Shown: one piece after another, positions 17,196-27,056 of the stretch
How the letters are laid out: each line of letters opens with the position of its first letter
Position numbering within the stretch: the stretch's first letter is position 1
NCBI GenBank assembly: GCA_963726435.1
Contig: CAVSCJ010000006.1
Coordinates: 124,664-188,663 of the forward strand
From: an uncultured Coriobacteriia bacterium
Lineage (GTDB): Bacteria > Actinomycetota > Coriobacteriia > Anaerosomatales > PALSA-660
Reading direction: 5' to 3'
DNA: 64,000 bases
Program-made: the position numbers and the translations under genes
Notes under the pieces: model-generated
Seen by the model: the letters and a program-made list of their open reading frames with translations, nothing else
Told to the model about the DNA's origin: nothing
Database searches by the model: none

Positions 17196-19130
17196 GTGAG
17201 CGACCGCATCCTCGACACGATCTCGACCCCCGAAGACCTCAAGCCGCTGAGCGGCGCGCAGTTGCGCGCGCTCTCCGTCGAGATCCGCGAGCGTCTCGTA
17301 TCGACGGTGGCCGAGACCGGCGGGCACCTCGCGCCGAACCTTGGCGTCGTCGAACTGACCATAGGGCTCCTGCGCGCTTTGGACACTCCGCGAGACCGGG
17401 TGATCTGGGACGTCGGCCACCAGGCGTACGTGTTCAAGTTGCTCACGGGTCGGCGGGAGCGTTTCGACACCCTGCGGCAGTACGGCGGCGTGTGCGGCTT
17501 CCCGAAGCGCAGCGAGTCGCCCTACGACGTGTTCGACACCGGGCACGCGTCCAACTCGATCTCGGTGGCGCTGGGTCTGGCCCAGGCGCGCGACGCGACG
17601 GGCGGCGACGAGCAGATCGTCGCGGTGATCGGAGACGGCTCTCTCACCGGCGGGATGGCTTTCGAGGCCCTCAACCACGCTGGCCACCTCGGAACGAACA
17701 TGACGGTGGTGCTCAACGACAACGAGATGTCGATCTCCGAGAACGTCGGCGCGCTGGCGAGCTACCTGGCGCGCGTCCGGCTGGATCCGCGCTACATCCG
17801 GCTCCGCGAGGACGTCGAGGGAGCGATCTCAAAGGTGCCCGGCATCGGCGCCGGGCTGGTCGCGGCGGGCGAGGCCGCGAAGGAGTCGTTCAAGCAGCTG
17901 ATCGTGCCCGGCATGCTCTTCGAGGAGCTCGGCTGGAAGTATGTGGGTCCCATCAACGGCCACGACGTCCAGAAGGTGCAAGACGCGGTCAGTTGGGCCG
18001 GGAAGGTCGAGGGCCCGGTCATCGTCCACGCGGTTACCCGCAAGGGCCAAGGCTACGCCCCCGCGGAGAAGTCGCCGGACACCTTCCACGGCGTCGGCCC
18101 GTTCGACGTTGCGACTGGCAAGCTCAAAGGTTCGACCGGCGGACCGCCATCGTTCACCGAGGTGTTCTCCGAGGCGATAGTGGCCGAGGCCGCGCGTGAC
18201 GAGCGCATCTGCGCGATAACTGCTGCCATGCCCTCCGGCACGGGCCTCGACAGGTTCCGCGACGCCTACCCGGACCGCTTCTTCGACGTCGGGATCGCCG
18301 AGCAGCACGCGGTGGGCTTCGCCGCGGGGCTCGCTGTCGGCGGCCGCCGCCCCGTGGTCGCGATCTACTCGACGTTCATCCAGCGCGCCTTCGACCAGGT
18401 CGTCATGGACGTCTGCCTGCAGAACCTGCCCGTCGTGTTCGCGCTCGACCGGGCAGGGCTGGTGGGGGAGGACGGCCCGACGCATCACGGTGCGTTCGAC
18501 ATGAGCTTCCTGCGCGCGGTACCGAACCTGACGTTGTGCGCGCCGGCCGACGAGGCCGAACTCGTGGACATGCTGCACACCGGGCTGTCGGGCGACGGTC
18601 CGTTCGCGATCCGCTACCCGAGGGGGAAGGCCGCGGGGGTAGCGCTGCCACGCAACCCTTCCGTGCTCGAGGCGGGTCGCGCCCAAGTCCGCCGCACTGG
18701 CACGGACGTAGCGTTGCTCGCCTTCGGACGCATGGTCGGGGTGGCCGAAAGGGCGTCGGCGCTGCTGATGGAGGCGGGCGTCTCGGCCTCGGTCGTGAAC
18801 ATGAGGTGGGTCAAGCCCGTAGACATGGAGACGGTGGCGTGGGCGGCCCAGACGCACGCGCTCATCGTCACGATCGAGGAGAACACCAGCCTCGGAGGCG
18901 CGGGGTCCGCGGTGCTCGAGTCTCTGGCCGACATGGGGATGGCGCCCGCGATCATGCACCTCGGGATACCCGACTGCTTCGTCACGCACGGGGCGATGGA
19001 CCGACTGTTGTCGGACGTGCGCCTGACGCCCGAGGGCGTGAGTCAGGCCGTGCTGGGCCGCTTGGAGCGCGTCGCCGAGAGCGAGGGCGAGCGACTTGGC
19101 CAGACGCCGAGCCGACGCCGCGCTCGTTGA
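17196..19130 (+). CDS. dxs: 1-deoxy-D-xylulose-5-phosphate synthase
   Basis: 644 aa with GGHLAPNLGVVELT and the TPP motif IGDGSLTGGMAFEALNHAG...VLNDN. It also has transketolase-like C-terminal domains. Confidence 0.95.
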   Translation: MSDRILDTISTPEDLKPLSGAQLRALSVEIRERLVSTVAETGGHLAPNLGVVELTIGLLRALDTPRDRVIWDVGHQAYVFKLLTGRRERFDTLRQYGGVCGFPKRSESPYDVFDTGHASNSISVALGLAQARDATGGDEQIVAVIGDGSLTGGMAFEALNHAGHLGTNMTVVLNDNEMSISENVGALASYLARVRLDPRYIRLREDVEGAISKVPGIGAGLVAAGEAAKESFKQLIVPGMLFEELGWKYVGPINGHDVQKVQDAVSWAGKVEGPVIVHAVTRKGQGYAPAEKSPDTFHGVGPFDVATGKLKGSTGGPPSFTEVFSEAIVAEAARDERICAITAAMPSGTGLDRFRDAYPDRFFDVGIAEQHAVGFAAGLAVGGRRPVVAIYSTFIQRAFDQVVMDVCLQNLPVVFALDRAGLVGEDGPTHHGAFDMSFLRAVPNLTLCAPADEAELVDMLHTGLSGDGPFAIRYPRGKAAGVALPRNPSVLEAGRAQVRRTGTDVALLAFGRMVGVAERASALLMEAGVSASVVNMRWVKPVDMETVAWAAQTHALIVTIEENTSLGGAGSAVLESLADMGMAPAIMHLGIPDCFVTHGAMDRLLSDVRLTPEGVSQAVLGRLERVAESEGERLGQTPSRRRAR

Positions 19131-19893
19131 CGCGGGGCTGTTCGCGTCCCGGGAGCAGGCGAAAGCGGCCATCCTCGCGGGCCGGGTCAGGGTGGGCGGC
19201 GCGCCGCTGACCAAGGCCGGCACGGCGGTCGCCGACGACGCGGTCTTCGAGGTCGAACCGGCCCAGGAGTACGTGTCGCGCGGAGGCCACAAGCTCGCGG
19301 GGGCACTCGACGGTTTCGGAGTCGTCGTCGAGGGGCTCGGCGCGCTGGACGTGGGCGCCTCAACAGGCGGCTTCACGGACTGCCTCCTGAAGCGCGGGGC
19401 GGCGTCGGTCACCGCGATCGACGTCGGCTACGGACAGCTTGCGTGGAAGCTGCGAGGCGACGATCGGGTCACCGTGCTCGAGCGTACCAACATCCGTTCC
19501 GTGGACCGGGACGTTGCCGGCGCGCCGTTCGACCTGGCTGTCGTCGACGTCTCGTTCATCTCCCTGGGGAAGGTCCTTCCGCATCTGGTCGCCGTCCTCA
19601 AGCCTGACGGCGAGGTGTTGGCTCTGGTCAAGCCGCAGTTCGAGGCGGGTAAGGGCCGCGTGGGAAGACGGGGTGTCGTACGGGATCCGGCCGTCCACGC
19701 CGAGGTGCTGCGTACCGTGGAGCGCGAGGCAGCGGCGACGGGTTTCGTCCTGCGGGGGATGACTTGGTCGCCCATCACTGGGCCTCAGGGTAATATCGAG
19801 TTCTGGATGCGGCTCGCGCGCAGCGGTGAGCCGGCTGCCATCGATCATCGGGACCTCGTGCGCGCGGCGCACGAGTCTTTGGGGGGCCGTTAG
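19096..19893 (+). CDS. tlyA: TlyA family rRNA (cytidine-2'-O)-methyltransferase
   Basis: TTG 19096, overlapping the dxs 3' end by 35 nt. It has an S4-like N-terminus and the FtsJ-type motif LDVGASTGGFTDCLL. Confidence 0.85.
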   Translation: MARRRADAALVDAGLFASREQAKAAILAGRVRVGGAPLTKAGTAVADDAVFEVEPAQEYVSRGGHKLAGALDGFGVVVEGLGALDVGASTGGFTDCLLKRGAASVTAIDVGYGQLAWKLRGDDRVTVLERTNIRSVDRDVAGAPFDLAVVDVSFISLGKVLPHLVAVLKPDGEVLALVKPQFEAGKGRVGRRGVVRDPAVHAEVLRTVEREAAATGFVLRGMTWSPITGPQGNIEFWMRLARSGEPAAIDHRDLVRAAHESLGGR

Positions 19894-19899
19894 CCGGTC

Positions 19900-20739
19900 A
19901 TGCGGATACAACTCGTACCCAACACCGACAATCCGCACGCGTGCGCCGCCGCGCGTGCGCTCGCGCTCGACCTGGCGGCCGACGGCCACGCCGTGGCCGC
20001 CGCGGCAAACGACGTGGCCGGATGCGGCCTCGATGCGGTCGCAGGGATCGCCTCCGACTCGGAACTGGTCGTTGCACTGGGCGGGGACGGCACGATCCTC
20101 AAGGCGGCGCATCTGCTCGCGGGGGCGGACGTCCCGATATTCGGGTTCAACCTCGGGCGGCTGGGCTTCTTGTGCGGTGCGTCCAACGGCGACCCGCTTG
20201 CCGCGGTGCGCGCAGTCGTGGCAGGCGAGGCCCGCGAGGTCCGGAGGGTCATGCTGCGGGCCGAGGCCACGCACGGAGGTCGTGTTGCGGGGGCGCACAA
20301 CGCGCTCAACGAGGTATTCGTCGGGCGCTCAGCGGGGACACGTGCCGTCGAGATGGCCGTCGCCATCGACGGCGAGCCCTTCGCCCAGTGGTTGTGCGAC
20401 GGCGTCATCGTCGCGACGCCGACCGGCTCGACCGCCTACGCACTCTCCGTCGGTGGCCCGCTCATGGTCCCGGAGCTGCGGGCGATGATCTTGGCGCCCG
20501 CGGGAGCGCACACGCTGGTCGTCCGGCCGATCGTGCTCGGACCGACTTCGCGCATCACGTTCACCTTCCCGATCCCGGCGCGAGCGGGCGCCTGCATGCT
20601 GGTGGACGGCGATCCGGCGCCTTGCCGGAGCGCGATCGAGCGCGTCGAGATCGTTCTGGCCGACCAGGAGATACGAACGCTGCACGTCGACGGGCGGTCG
20701 TTCGTGGCGGCGGCGCGCGACTCCTTCTTCCGGAGCTGA
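19900..20739 (+). CDS. nadK: NAD(+) kinase
   Basis: 279 aa with GGDGTIL and NLGRLGFL motifs. Confidence 0.9.
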   Translation: MRIQLVPNTDNPHACAAARALALDLAADGHAVAAAANDVAGCGLDAVAGIASDSELVVALGGDGTILKAAHLLAGADVPIFGFNLGRLGFLCGASNGDPLAAVRAVVAGEAREVRRVMLRAEATHGGRVAGAHNALNEVFVGRSAGTRAVEMAVAIDGEPFAQWLCDGVIVATPTGSTAYALSVGGPLMVPELRAMILAPAGAHTLVVRPIVLGPTSRITFTFPIPARAGACMLVDGDPAPCRSAIERVEIVLADQEIRTLHVDGRSFVAAARDSFFRS

Positions 20740-20745
20740 CGGCAA

Positions 20746-22371
20746 GTGCTCGAGGAGCTCCACGTGAAGGACCTCGCTCTCATCGAGGAGACGTGGCTCG
20801 AGCTCGGTCCGGGGATGACAGTCATGACGGGGGAGACGGGCGCGGGGAAGACGGTGCTCGTCGGCGCGCTGAAGCTGCTCTTGGGCGAACGCGCCGACGC
20901 GACGCTCGTCCGCTCGGGGGCGGATGAGGCCGTGGTCGAGGGGCGCTTCCTCGATGGCGGCGTCGAGCACGCCGCGCGCCGGCGCGTGGGCTCGGACGGG
21001 CGCAGCCGCTGCTATCTCGACGGCGAGATGGCGACGGTCGGGAGACTTGCGGAGATGCTCGGCCCTCTGGTGGACCTCCACGGCCAGCACGACCACCAGG
21101 AGCTTCTGAGGCCCGCGACCCACGCGTCGCTCCTGGACCGCTTCGCCGGTTCCGAGCCGCTCGCTGACGGGTATCGGGAGGCGTTCCGTGCCCACGCCAC
21201 CGTGGCGGGCGAGCTCGCCCGCGTCGGCGCGGCGATGGGCGACCGCCAAGCGCGGCTGGCGGTTCTTCAGGCGGCCATCTCCGACATCGACCGAGTGGCG
21301 CCCGAACCTGGGGAGGACGACGCGATGACGGCGCGTCTGCCCCGTCTGCGCCATGGCGAACGACTCACCTCTGCTGCGTCGGGAGCATATCGCGCACTGA
21401 CCGAGGAGGGCGCCGTCTCAGACCGGCTCGGCGAGGCCGTCGCCGCCATGGGGAGTGTGGCCGGCATCGACCCGGTTCTGGACGAGAAGGCCGCGGCGCT
21501 CACGGACCTGGAGTCCAAGCTCGCCGATGTCGCGCAGGGCATACGCGACTACGGTGAAGCGGTGGAGTTCGACGCGGCGGCGCTCGAGGAGGCCGAAGCT
21601 CGTCTGGCGGCTCTCTCCGTGCTCAAGCGGAGCTGGGGCCCGACTTTGGAGGACGTGATCGCCTACCGCGCGGCGGCCGAACAGGAAGCGGCTACGCTCG
21701 AGGCGGGCGAGGAGGGCTTGGATCGACTGCGCGAGGCCGTCGCGAACGCGGACGGCGGTCTTCGCGAGGCGGCCGCCGCCCTGACGGCCGCGCGCGAGAA
21801 GGCCGCGCCCGTCTTCGAAGAGCGGCTTGCCGAGGCGTCGCGCGACCTGGCAATGCCTTCAGGACGGTTCGAGGTCTCCCGCACGGCGCTGGGGCGCGAC
21901 TCGTGGACTTCCGACGGTCCCGAGCGCCTGGAGTTCCTCTACGCGCCGGGACCGGGCGAGGCTCCGCGCCCGCTGGCGCGCATCGCCTCCGGAGGCGAGG
22001 TCTCCCGGGTGATGCTCGCCTTGAAGAGCGTCCTTGGACACGCGGACAGGGTGCCGGTGCTCGTCTTCGACGAGATCGACTCCGGCATCGGCGGCGCGAC
22101 GGCGCTGGCAGTCGGGGCGCGTCTGAGGAGCCTCTCGGACGGTCGGCAGGTACTTGTGGTCACCCACCTGGCTCAGGTCGCCGCCTTTGCCGACGCGCAC
22201 CTGGTGGTCGAGAAGTCGTGCGCAGGCGGGCGCGACCGCACGGGCGTGCGCACGATCTCCGGCGACGAACGGGTCGTCGAGCTGGCCCGGATGCTGTCGG
22301 GCTCCGAGACCGACACGTCGCTCGCGCATGCGCGTGAACTGCTCTCCTCAGTCAACCTCCCGGGCGTCTGA
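20746..22371 (+). CDS. recN: DNA repair protein RecN
   Basis: GTG start. It has Walker A GETGAGKT, a long coiled coil, the signature SGGEVSRVMLALK and Walker B VLVFDEIDSGIGG. Confidence 0.93.
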   Translation: MLEELHVKDLALIEETWLELGPGMTVMTGETGAGKTVLVGALKLLLGERADATLVRSGADEAVVEGRFLDGGVEHAARRRVGSDGRSRCYLDGEMATVGRLAEMLGPLVDLHGQHDHQELLRPATHASLLDRFAGSEPLADGYREAFRAHATVAGELARVGAAMGDRQARLAVLQAAISDIDRVAPEPGEDDAMTARLPRLRHGERLTSAASGAYRALTEEGAVSDRLGEAVAAMGSVAGIDPVLDEKAAALTDLESKLADVAQGIRDYGEAVEFDAAALEEAEARLAALSVLKRSWGPTLEDVIAYRAAAEQEAATLEAGEEGLDRLREAVANADGGLREAAAALTAAREKAAPVFEERLAEASRDLAMPSGRFEVSRTALGRDSWTSDGPERLEFLYAPGPGEAPRPLARIASGGEVSRVMLALKSVLGHADRVPVLVFDEIDSGIGGATALAVGARLRSLSDGRQVLVVTHLAQVAAFADAHLVVEKSCAGGRDRTGVRTISGDERVVELARMLSGSETDTSLAHARELLSSVNLPGV

Positions 22372-22434
22372 TAGACTCGGCTCGCGCCTGGGGAGCGCCT
22401 CGAGTCGCTTCGCACGTCTGACGAGAAGGACCTC

Positions 22435-23556
22435 ATGCGTCACAAGGGCATCGCACGACTCGGCAAGCGGACCAAGGATCTGGTCAAGCGGCTCGGGCCG
22501 ACGGACATAGCCATCATCGACCACGCCGACATGGACCGGGTGAGCGCTGAGGGTCTGCTCTCGACCGGCGTCGAAGTGGTCATCAACGCCGCCCGATCGA
22601 TCACCGGCGCGTACCCCAACCTCGGCCCGCTACTGCTTACGCGCGGAGGCGTCACGTTGATCGATGCGGTGGGCCCGGAGGTCTTCGATGCGGTTCACGA
22701 CGGCGACGCGATCGAGGTCGAGGGGGGCGACGTTCTCAAAGGCCGCAAGATCGTGGCGCGGGGCACGCGAATGAGCGTCGACGCGATCGAGAGCGCGATG
22801 GAGGACGCCAAGGCCGGCATAGGGGAGCAGCTAGACGCATTCGCCCGGAACACGATCGAGTACCTCGAGAAGGAGAGAGCGCTCCTGACCGAGGGTGTCG
22901 GCATCCCGCATACGAGGACCGACCTGCACCACAGGCACGTCATGGTCGTCGTCCGCGGATACGACTACAAGGAAGACCTCAACACTCTCAAGCCCTACAT
23001 CCGCGAGATGCACCCGGTGCTCGTGGGGGTGGACGGCGGTGCGGACGCCATCTTCGAGGCGGGGTTCAAGCCGGACCTCATCATCGGCGACATGGATTCG
23101 GTGAGCGACCAGGCGTTGAGTGGCGGCGCCGAGTTGCTGGTGCACGGATACCCCGACGGGCGCGCCCCCGGGATGGCCCGCCTCCAGGCGCTCGGGCTGG
23201 AAGGTGTGGTGTGGCCGCTGGCGGCCACCAGCGAGGACCTCGCTCTGCTGCTCGCTTTCGAGAGCGGCGCGGACCTCATAGTCGCAGTCGGCACCCACGC
23301 CAACCTGATCGAGTACCTCGACAAGGGGCGCAAGGGCATGGCCTCGAGCTTCCTCGTCCGCCTGAAGGTGGGCCCGAAGCTGGTGGACGCCAAGGGAGTG
23401 AGCAAGCTTTATCGAGCGGCGCCGCGCTTCCTCGACCTGTCTTTCATCGTCGCGGCGGGTCTCGTCCTGGTCACGGTGATCGTGTTCATCTCGCCGCAGG
23501 CTCGCAACGGGCTGGGTCTGCTGCTTCTGCGTCTGCGCGCCTTCGTCGGCATCTAG
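22435..23556 (+). CDS. steA: SteA-like putative cytokinetic ring protein (thiamine-pyrophosphokinase-like domain, C-terminal TM)
   Basis: 373 aa with N-terminal GIARLGKRTKDLVKRL..DIAIIDHADMDRVSAEGL, a GDMDS motif and a C-terminal TM helix. It follows recN, as in Mycobacterium and Corynebacterium. Confidence 0.7.
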   Translation: MRHKGIARLGKRTKDLVKRLGPTDIAIIDHADMDRVSAEGLLSTGVEVVINAARSITGAYPNLGPLLLTRGGVTLIDAVGPEVFDAVHDGDAIEVEGGDVLKGRKIVARGTRMSVDAIESAMEDAKAGIGEQLDAFARNTIEYLEKERALLTEGVGIPHTRTDLHHRHVMVVVRGYDYKEDLNTLKPYIREMHPVLVGVDGGADAIFEAGFKPDLIIGDMDSVSDQALSGGAELLVHGYPDGRAPGMARLQALGLEGVVWPLAATSEDLALLLAFESGADLIVAVGTHANLIEYLDKGRKGMASSFLVRLKVGPKLVDAKGVSKLYRAAPRFLDLSFIVAAGLVLVTVIVFISPQARNGLGLLLLRLRAFVGI

Positions 23557-23572
23557 GGAGCGGTCAGAGACC

Positions 23573-24427
23573 ATGTACAACCTGCGCTATCACATCGCAT
23601 CGCTGGTCGCGGTCTTCGTCTCTCTGACCGTGGGGCTGCTTCTCGGCTCCATCGTCGTGGAGCGCGGGCTGCTCAGCTCGCAGCAGACCACGCTCGTCGA
23701 GGGACTGCGAGCCGAATTCGACAGCCTCAGGACGGAGAGCGCGTCGCTGAAGGCGGTCAACGACACGCTCTCCGCGTTCGCGGCCGACGCCGCTCCCGGT
23801 GTCGTCAGGGGCGCTCTGGAAGGCCGCACGGTGATCGTGCTCGCCAGCCCCGAGACCGCCGACACGGCCGCTCGCGCCTCCGAGGCCATACGGCTCGCGG
23901 GCGGAGAGGCAGCGGTGGCGACCTTCGCGGGCGCGCGGCTCTCCCTCGACGACGAGGGCGTGGGGTCGGCCATCGCTAAGGAGCTGAGCATCCCGACGTC
24001 GTCCGTGGACGCCACGCGGGTCGCGAGCCTGCTGGCTGTCGAGTGGAGCACCGCCGAGGCGCAACGCCCTCTCACTCGAGCCCTGATCGCGTCCGGGGGA
24101 CTGAAGCTCTCCGGCCTTGCGACGACTGAAACCGTCGGCGGCACTGCGATCGCGGCCGTGTACGGAGGTGTGCCTGACCTGTTGGCGATCCGCCTCGCCA
24201 GCTTGATGACCGACAGCTTCAGGTTCGCCGTCGGAGTGGACACGATGAAACGCAACGACGGTTCCGCGAAGGCGGCTAGGGAAGCAGGGCTGTCGGGCGT
24301 GGACGACGTCGACACGGCTCTGGGCCGCGTGTCGTTCGCTTGGGTCCTGTCAGGGCGCGCCACCGGGCTCTTCGGCCGGCAGGAAGGCGCGTCCGCGCGC
24401 TATCCCTCGCCGCTCTTCGGCAAGTAG
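23573..24427 (+). CDS. MctB/SteB-family membrane protein
   Basis: 284 aa. The N-terminus MYNLRYHIASLVAVFVSLTVGLLLG is typical of the family, followed by a coiled segment and an Ala-rich exported domain. It follows steA. Confidence 0.65.
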   Translation: MYNLRYHIASLVAVFVSLTVGLLLGSIVVERGLLSSQQTTLVEGLRAEFDSLRTESASLKAVNDTLSAFAADAAPGVVRGALEGRTVIVLASPETADTAARASEAIRLAGGEAAVATFAGARLSLDDEGVGSAIAKELSIPTSSVDATRVASLLAVEWSTAEAQRPLTRALIASGGLKLSGLATTETVGGTAIAAVYGGVPDLLAIRLASLMTDSFRFAVGVDTMKRNDGSAKAAREAGLSGVDDVDTALGRVSFAWVLSGRATGLFGRQEGASARYPSPLFGK

Positions 24428-24461
24428 CCGTGCCTATCGCCCGCCGCGAGTAGCGGCCGCG

Positions 24462-25157
24462 TCAGCGGCGCGGCTCGAACGCCAGGCGCAGGAGCGCCAT
24501 CGCCACGTGGCCGAACTGCCGTGCGCGGTGCGCGAAGCCCGAGGCGTCGCGACCCGAAGCGGCGTGCGTCATCGTCGTGGGCACCTCGACCACGGCCAGC
24601 CCCGCTCGGAGTGCTCGCACCGTGAGCGCGACCTCGACCCCGTAGCCGAAAGCGAACGGGGTGACGCGCTGCCAGCATTCCCGACTCATCGCCCTTTGGC
24701 CGGACAGGGGCGCGAGCGCGGGGAAGGCGCGGCCGGCGGACCCGCCGAGCGTGCGGATCCCGAGTCGGGCGAGCCCCTTGACCAGACCGAAGCCGGCCTT
24801 GCCCAGTGGCGGCGGGAATGCGGCGATCGACATGGCCGCGCGTCCGGCAAGAACCGGCTCCAGCGGCAGCGAGGCCTGCGACGCGCTCTGCCCGAGGTCG
24901 CCGTCGAGGAGGAGAAGCACGTCGGCGTCGGCGCGCACGCGGGCGAGCCCCGCGTCGAGCGCCGCGCCCTTGCCGACGTTGGCGGCCAGACGCAGCACCT
25001 CGGCACCTGCCGCCTCGGCCCGCCGGGCCGTATCGTCGCCCGATGCGTCGTCGATGACGAGCACGCGGGTGACTCCGGCGAGTGCGCGGGCCGCGCTAAC
25101 CGTCTCACCGATGCGCTCGGATTCGTCGTGCGCCGGGATGAGGACTGTGACGCTCAC
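24462..25157 (-). CDS. Family 2 glycosyltransferase (small, polyprenyl-phosphate GT-like)
   Basis: 231 aa with VLIPAHDE...VIDDASGDDT (GT-A fold, DxD). Its start overlaps the murJ stop. Confidence 0.8.
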   Translation of the reverse strand: MSVTVLIPAHDESERIGETVSAARALAGVTRVLVIDDASGDDTARRAEAAGAEVLRLAANVGKGAALDAGLARVRADADVLLLLDGDLGQSASQASLPLEPVLAGRAAMSIAAFPPPLGKAGFGLVKGLARLGIRTLGGSAGRAFPALAPLSGQRAMSRECWQRVTPFAFGYGVEVALTVRALRAGLAVVEVPTTMTHAASGRDASGFAHRARQFGHVAMALLRLAFEPRR

Positions 25158-26833
25158 GTCCTCCTCCAGGGAGCGATCCGCGCGAAGGCCCTTCCGAGCA
25201 TCCCGTCCACATAGGCCATCTCGTCGATCTTGAGCATGCGCAGCGCGGTGTACGCTACGCCGAGGCCGATGGTCCCCCCGAGAAGCACTCGCGCGATGTT
25301 ACCGGCAGCGCTGGCAGCGAGGGCGGGCGTGGCGAGCACGACGAACCACGCGGCGAGCCCGCCTGCAGCCGCTCCGACCAGACTGCGCGCCCATCCGCCC
25401 AGCACGTGGGCCATGCTGAAGGCACCGATCCGGCGCCGCAGGATCACCAGCAGCACCGCGCTATGCAGGATGAAGAACGTCGAGTCCGCGAGCGGGATCC
25501 CCACGAGCGCGTAGTCGCCCGGGATCAGCCGCGTCAGTCCCGCGTAGAGGCCGACCTGCACGACCGTGAGCGCGATGTTCGTGTAGAAGGGCGTCCGCGT
25601 GTCCTGCATCGCGTAGAACGCTCGCAGCAGCAGCATGTAGGAGGCGAAGAAGAAGAGGCCGATCGTCCAGCCCGCCAGCACAGCCGTGACCAGCGGGACT
25701 GCCTCAGCCGGGAACTTGCCGAACCTGAAGAGCGTCACGAGCTGCGTCCCGAGCGCGAAGAGGAGAGCGACCGACGGGAGCATGAGCAGTGCGGTCGCGC
25801 GCAGCCCTCGCGACAGATAGCCCTTGTACGCACTCCAGTCGCGGGTGTCCGCCGCCCGCGACAGCTCGGGGAAGACGGCTGAGATGTAGCTCACGGCCAG
25901 TACGCCGTAGGGAAGCTGGTACCACATCCAAGCGTAGGAAAGGACAGCCGAACCGTCGCGCATCGCGCCGGTGGCGAAGGCGTTGCGGAAGGAGATGCCG
26001 ATGATGTTGACGGCCACGTAGCCGAGCACCCACGCGCCCTTCCGCAGCATCTTGGCCAGCGACGGATCCGAGAGGTCGAGTCTCCACCTGAACCTGAAGC
26101 CTACCTTGAGCAAGGCGGGGACCTGGGCAGCGAAGAGGGCGACCACCCCGAGGGTGGTGCCGACGCCGAGTGCCACGAGCGCCAGGTCGGGCCTGGTGTC
26201 GCGCAGCGGCACGTAGAAGCCCAGCAGCGCGACGATCACGACCACGTTGTTGAACAGGGGCGCGATCGCCGTGGCGAAGAACGTCCGGTACGAGTGCAGG
26301 ACGCCCGTCGAGAGCGCGACGAAGCCGTAGAAGATGATCTGCACGGCGAAGAATCGAAAGAGGTAGACGGCCAGCTGCGAGTCGGCCAGCGAGACGGTGA
26401 AGGTCTGCGTCCACACGAACACCTGGGGCACCAGTGTCCCGAAGAGCGCGACCACCCCGAAGACGACCAGTGCGACCGAGAAGAGGGTGTTCGCGAATGA
26501 GAACGCCCCTTCCTCTCCGTCGGTACGCCGTCGCTCGAGGAAGATCGGGATGAACATCGACGACAGCACGCCGCCCGCCACGAGCTCGTAGATCATGTTC
26601 GGGATGTTGTTCGCGATGTTGAACGCGGAGGCGATCGGGATCCGTCCGCTTGCGGCGATCGTGACGCCGAGCGCGACCGCCATCGCCCACTGCCGGATGA
26701 AGCCGGTGAGTCGGGACAGGATGGTGCCCGCCGACATGGCTGCGGTCGAGCGGGCGAGCGACGGAACCGGATCGCTGATGGGGCCCTCCACGCCTAGGGT
26801 GGCCGCCTTCTGCCTTGCGGCTGCTGCTGTCAA
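25154..26833 (-). CDS. murJ: MurJ/MviN family lipid-linked glycan flippase
   Basis: 559 aa and polytopic. The N-terminal region has ILSRLTGFIRQWAMAVALG and NIPNMIYELVAGGVLSSMFIPIF. The start could instead be the internal Met at 26737. Confidence 0.85.
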   Translation of the reverse strand: MTAAAARQKAATLGVEGPISDPVPSLARSTAAMSAGTILSRLTGFIRQWAMAVALGVTIAASGRIPIASAFNIANNIPNMIYELVAGGVLSSMFIPIFLERRRTDGEEGAFSFANTLFSVALVVFGVVALFGTLVPQVFVWTQTFTVSLADSQLAVYLFRFFAVQIIFYGFVALSTGVLHSYRTFFATAIAPLFNNVVVIVALLGFYVPLRDTRPDLALVALGVGTTLGVVALFAAQVPALLKVGFRFRWRLDLSDPSLAKMLRKGAWVLGYVAVNIIGISFRNAFATGAMRDGSAVLSYAWMWYQLPYGVLAVSYISAVFPELSRAADTRDWSAYKGYLSRGLRATALLMLPSVALLFALGTQLVTLFRFGKFPAEAVPLVTAVLAGWTIGLFFFASYMLLLRAFYAMQDTRTPFYTNIALTVVQVGLYAGLTRLIPGDYALVGIPLADSTFFILHSAVLLVILRRRIGAFSMAHVLGGWARSLVGAAAGGLAAWFVVLATPALAASAAGNIARVLLGGTIGLGVAYTALRMLKIDEMAYVDGMLGRAFARIAPWRRT

Positions 26834-27056
26834 CGATTCTAGCCCACGCGTCCGTGCGCGCGCGGTCGCGCGGCCACGGGACGTTGCCGGTTCGTGGACG
26901 GGACGGGAGCTTCGTGTCGGACGCTTCCCGGAGGTGTTCGTATATACTTCGTTGCGGGCTCCTCGTCACGAGCCTGGTATTCGCGATGCGCGGCCCCTTC
27001 GATGCAAAGGACCCGGCCGGCACCACCGACCCCAGGCTTCGCAGGACGGAGCGCGC

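Noticed and set aside
26595-27056. N-terminal 154 codons of track ORF 26595..29384.
   Set aside because: This part is antisense to the murJ 5' region and the divergent spacer. A signal-peptide-like sequence begins at GTG 27057, which I take as the start.
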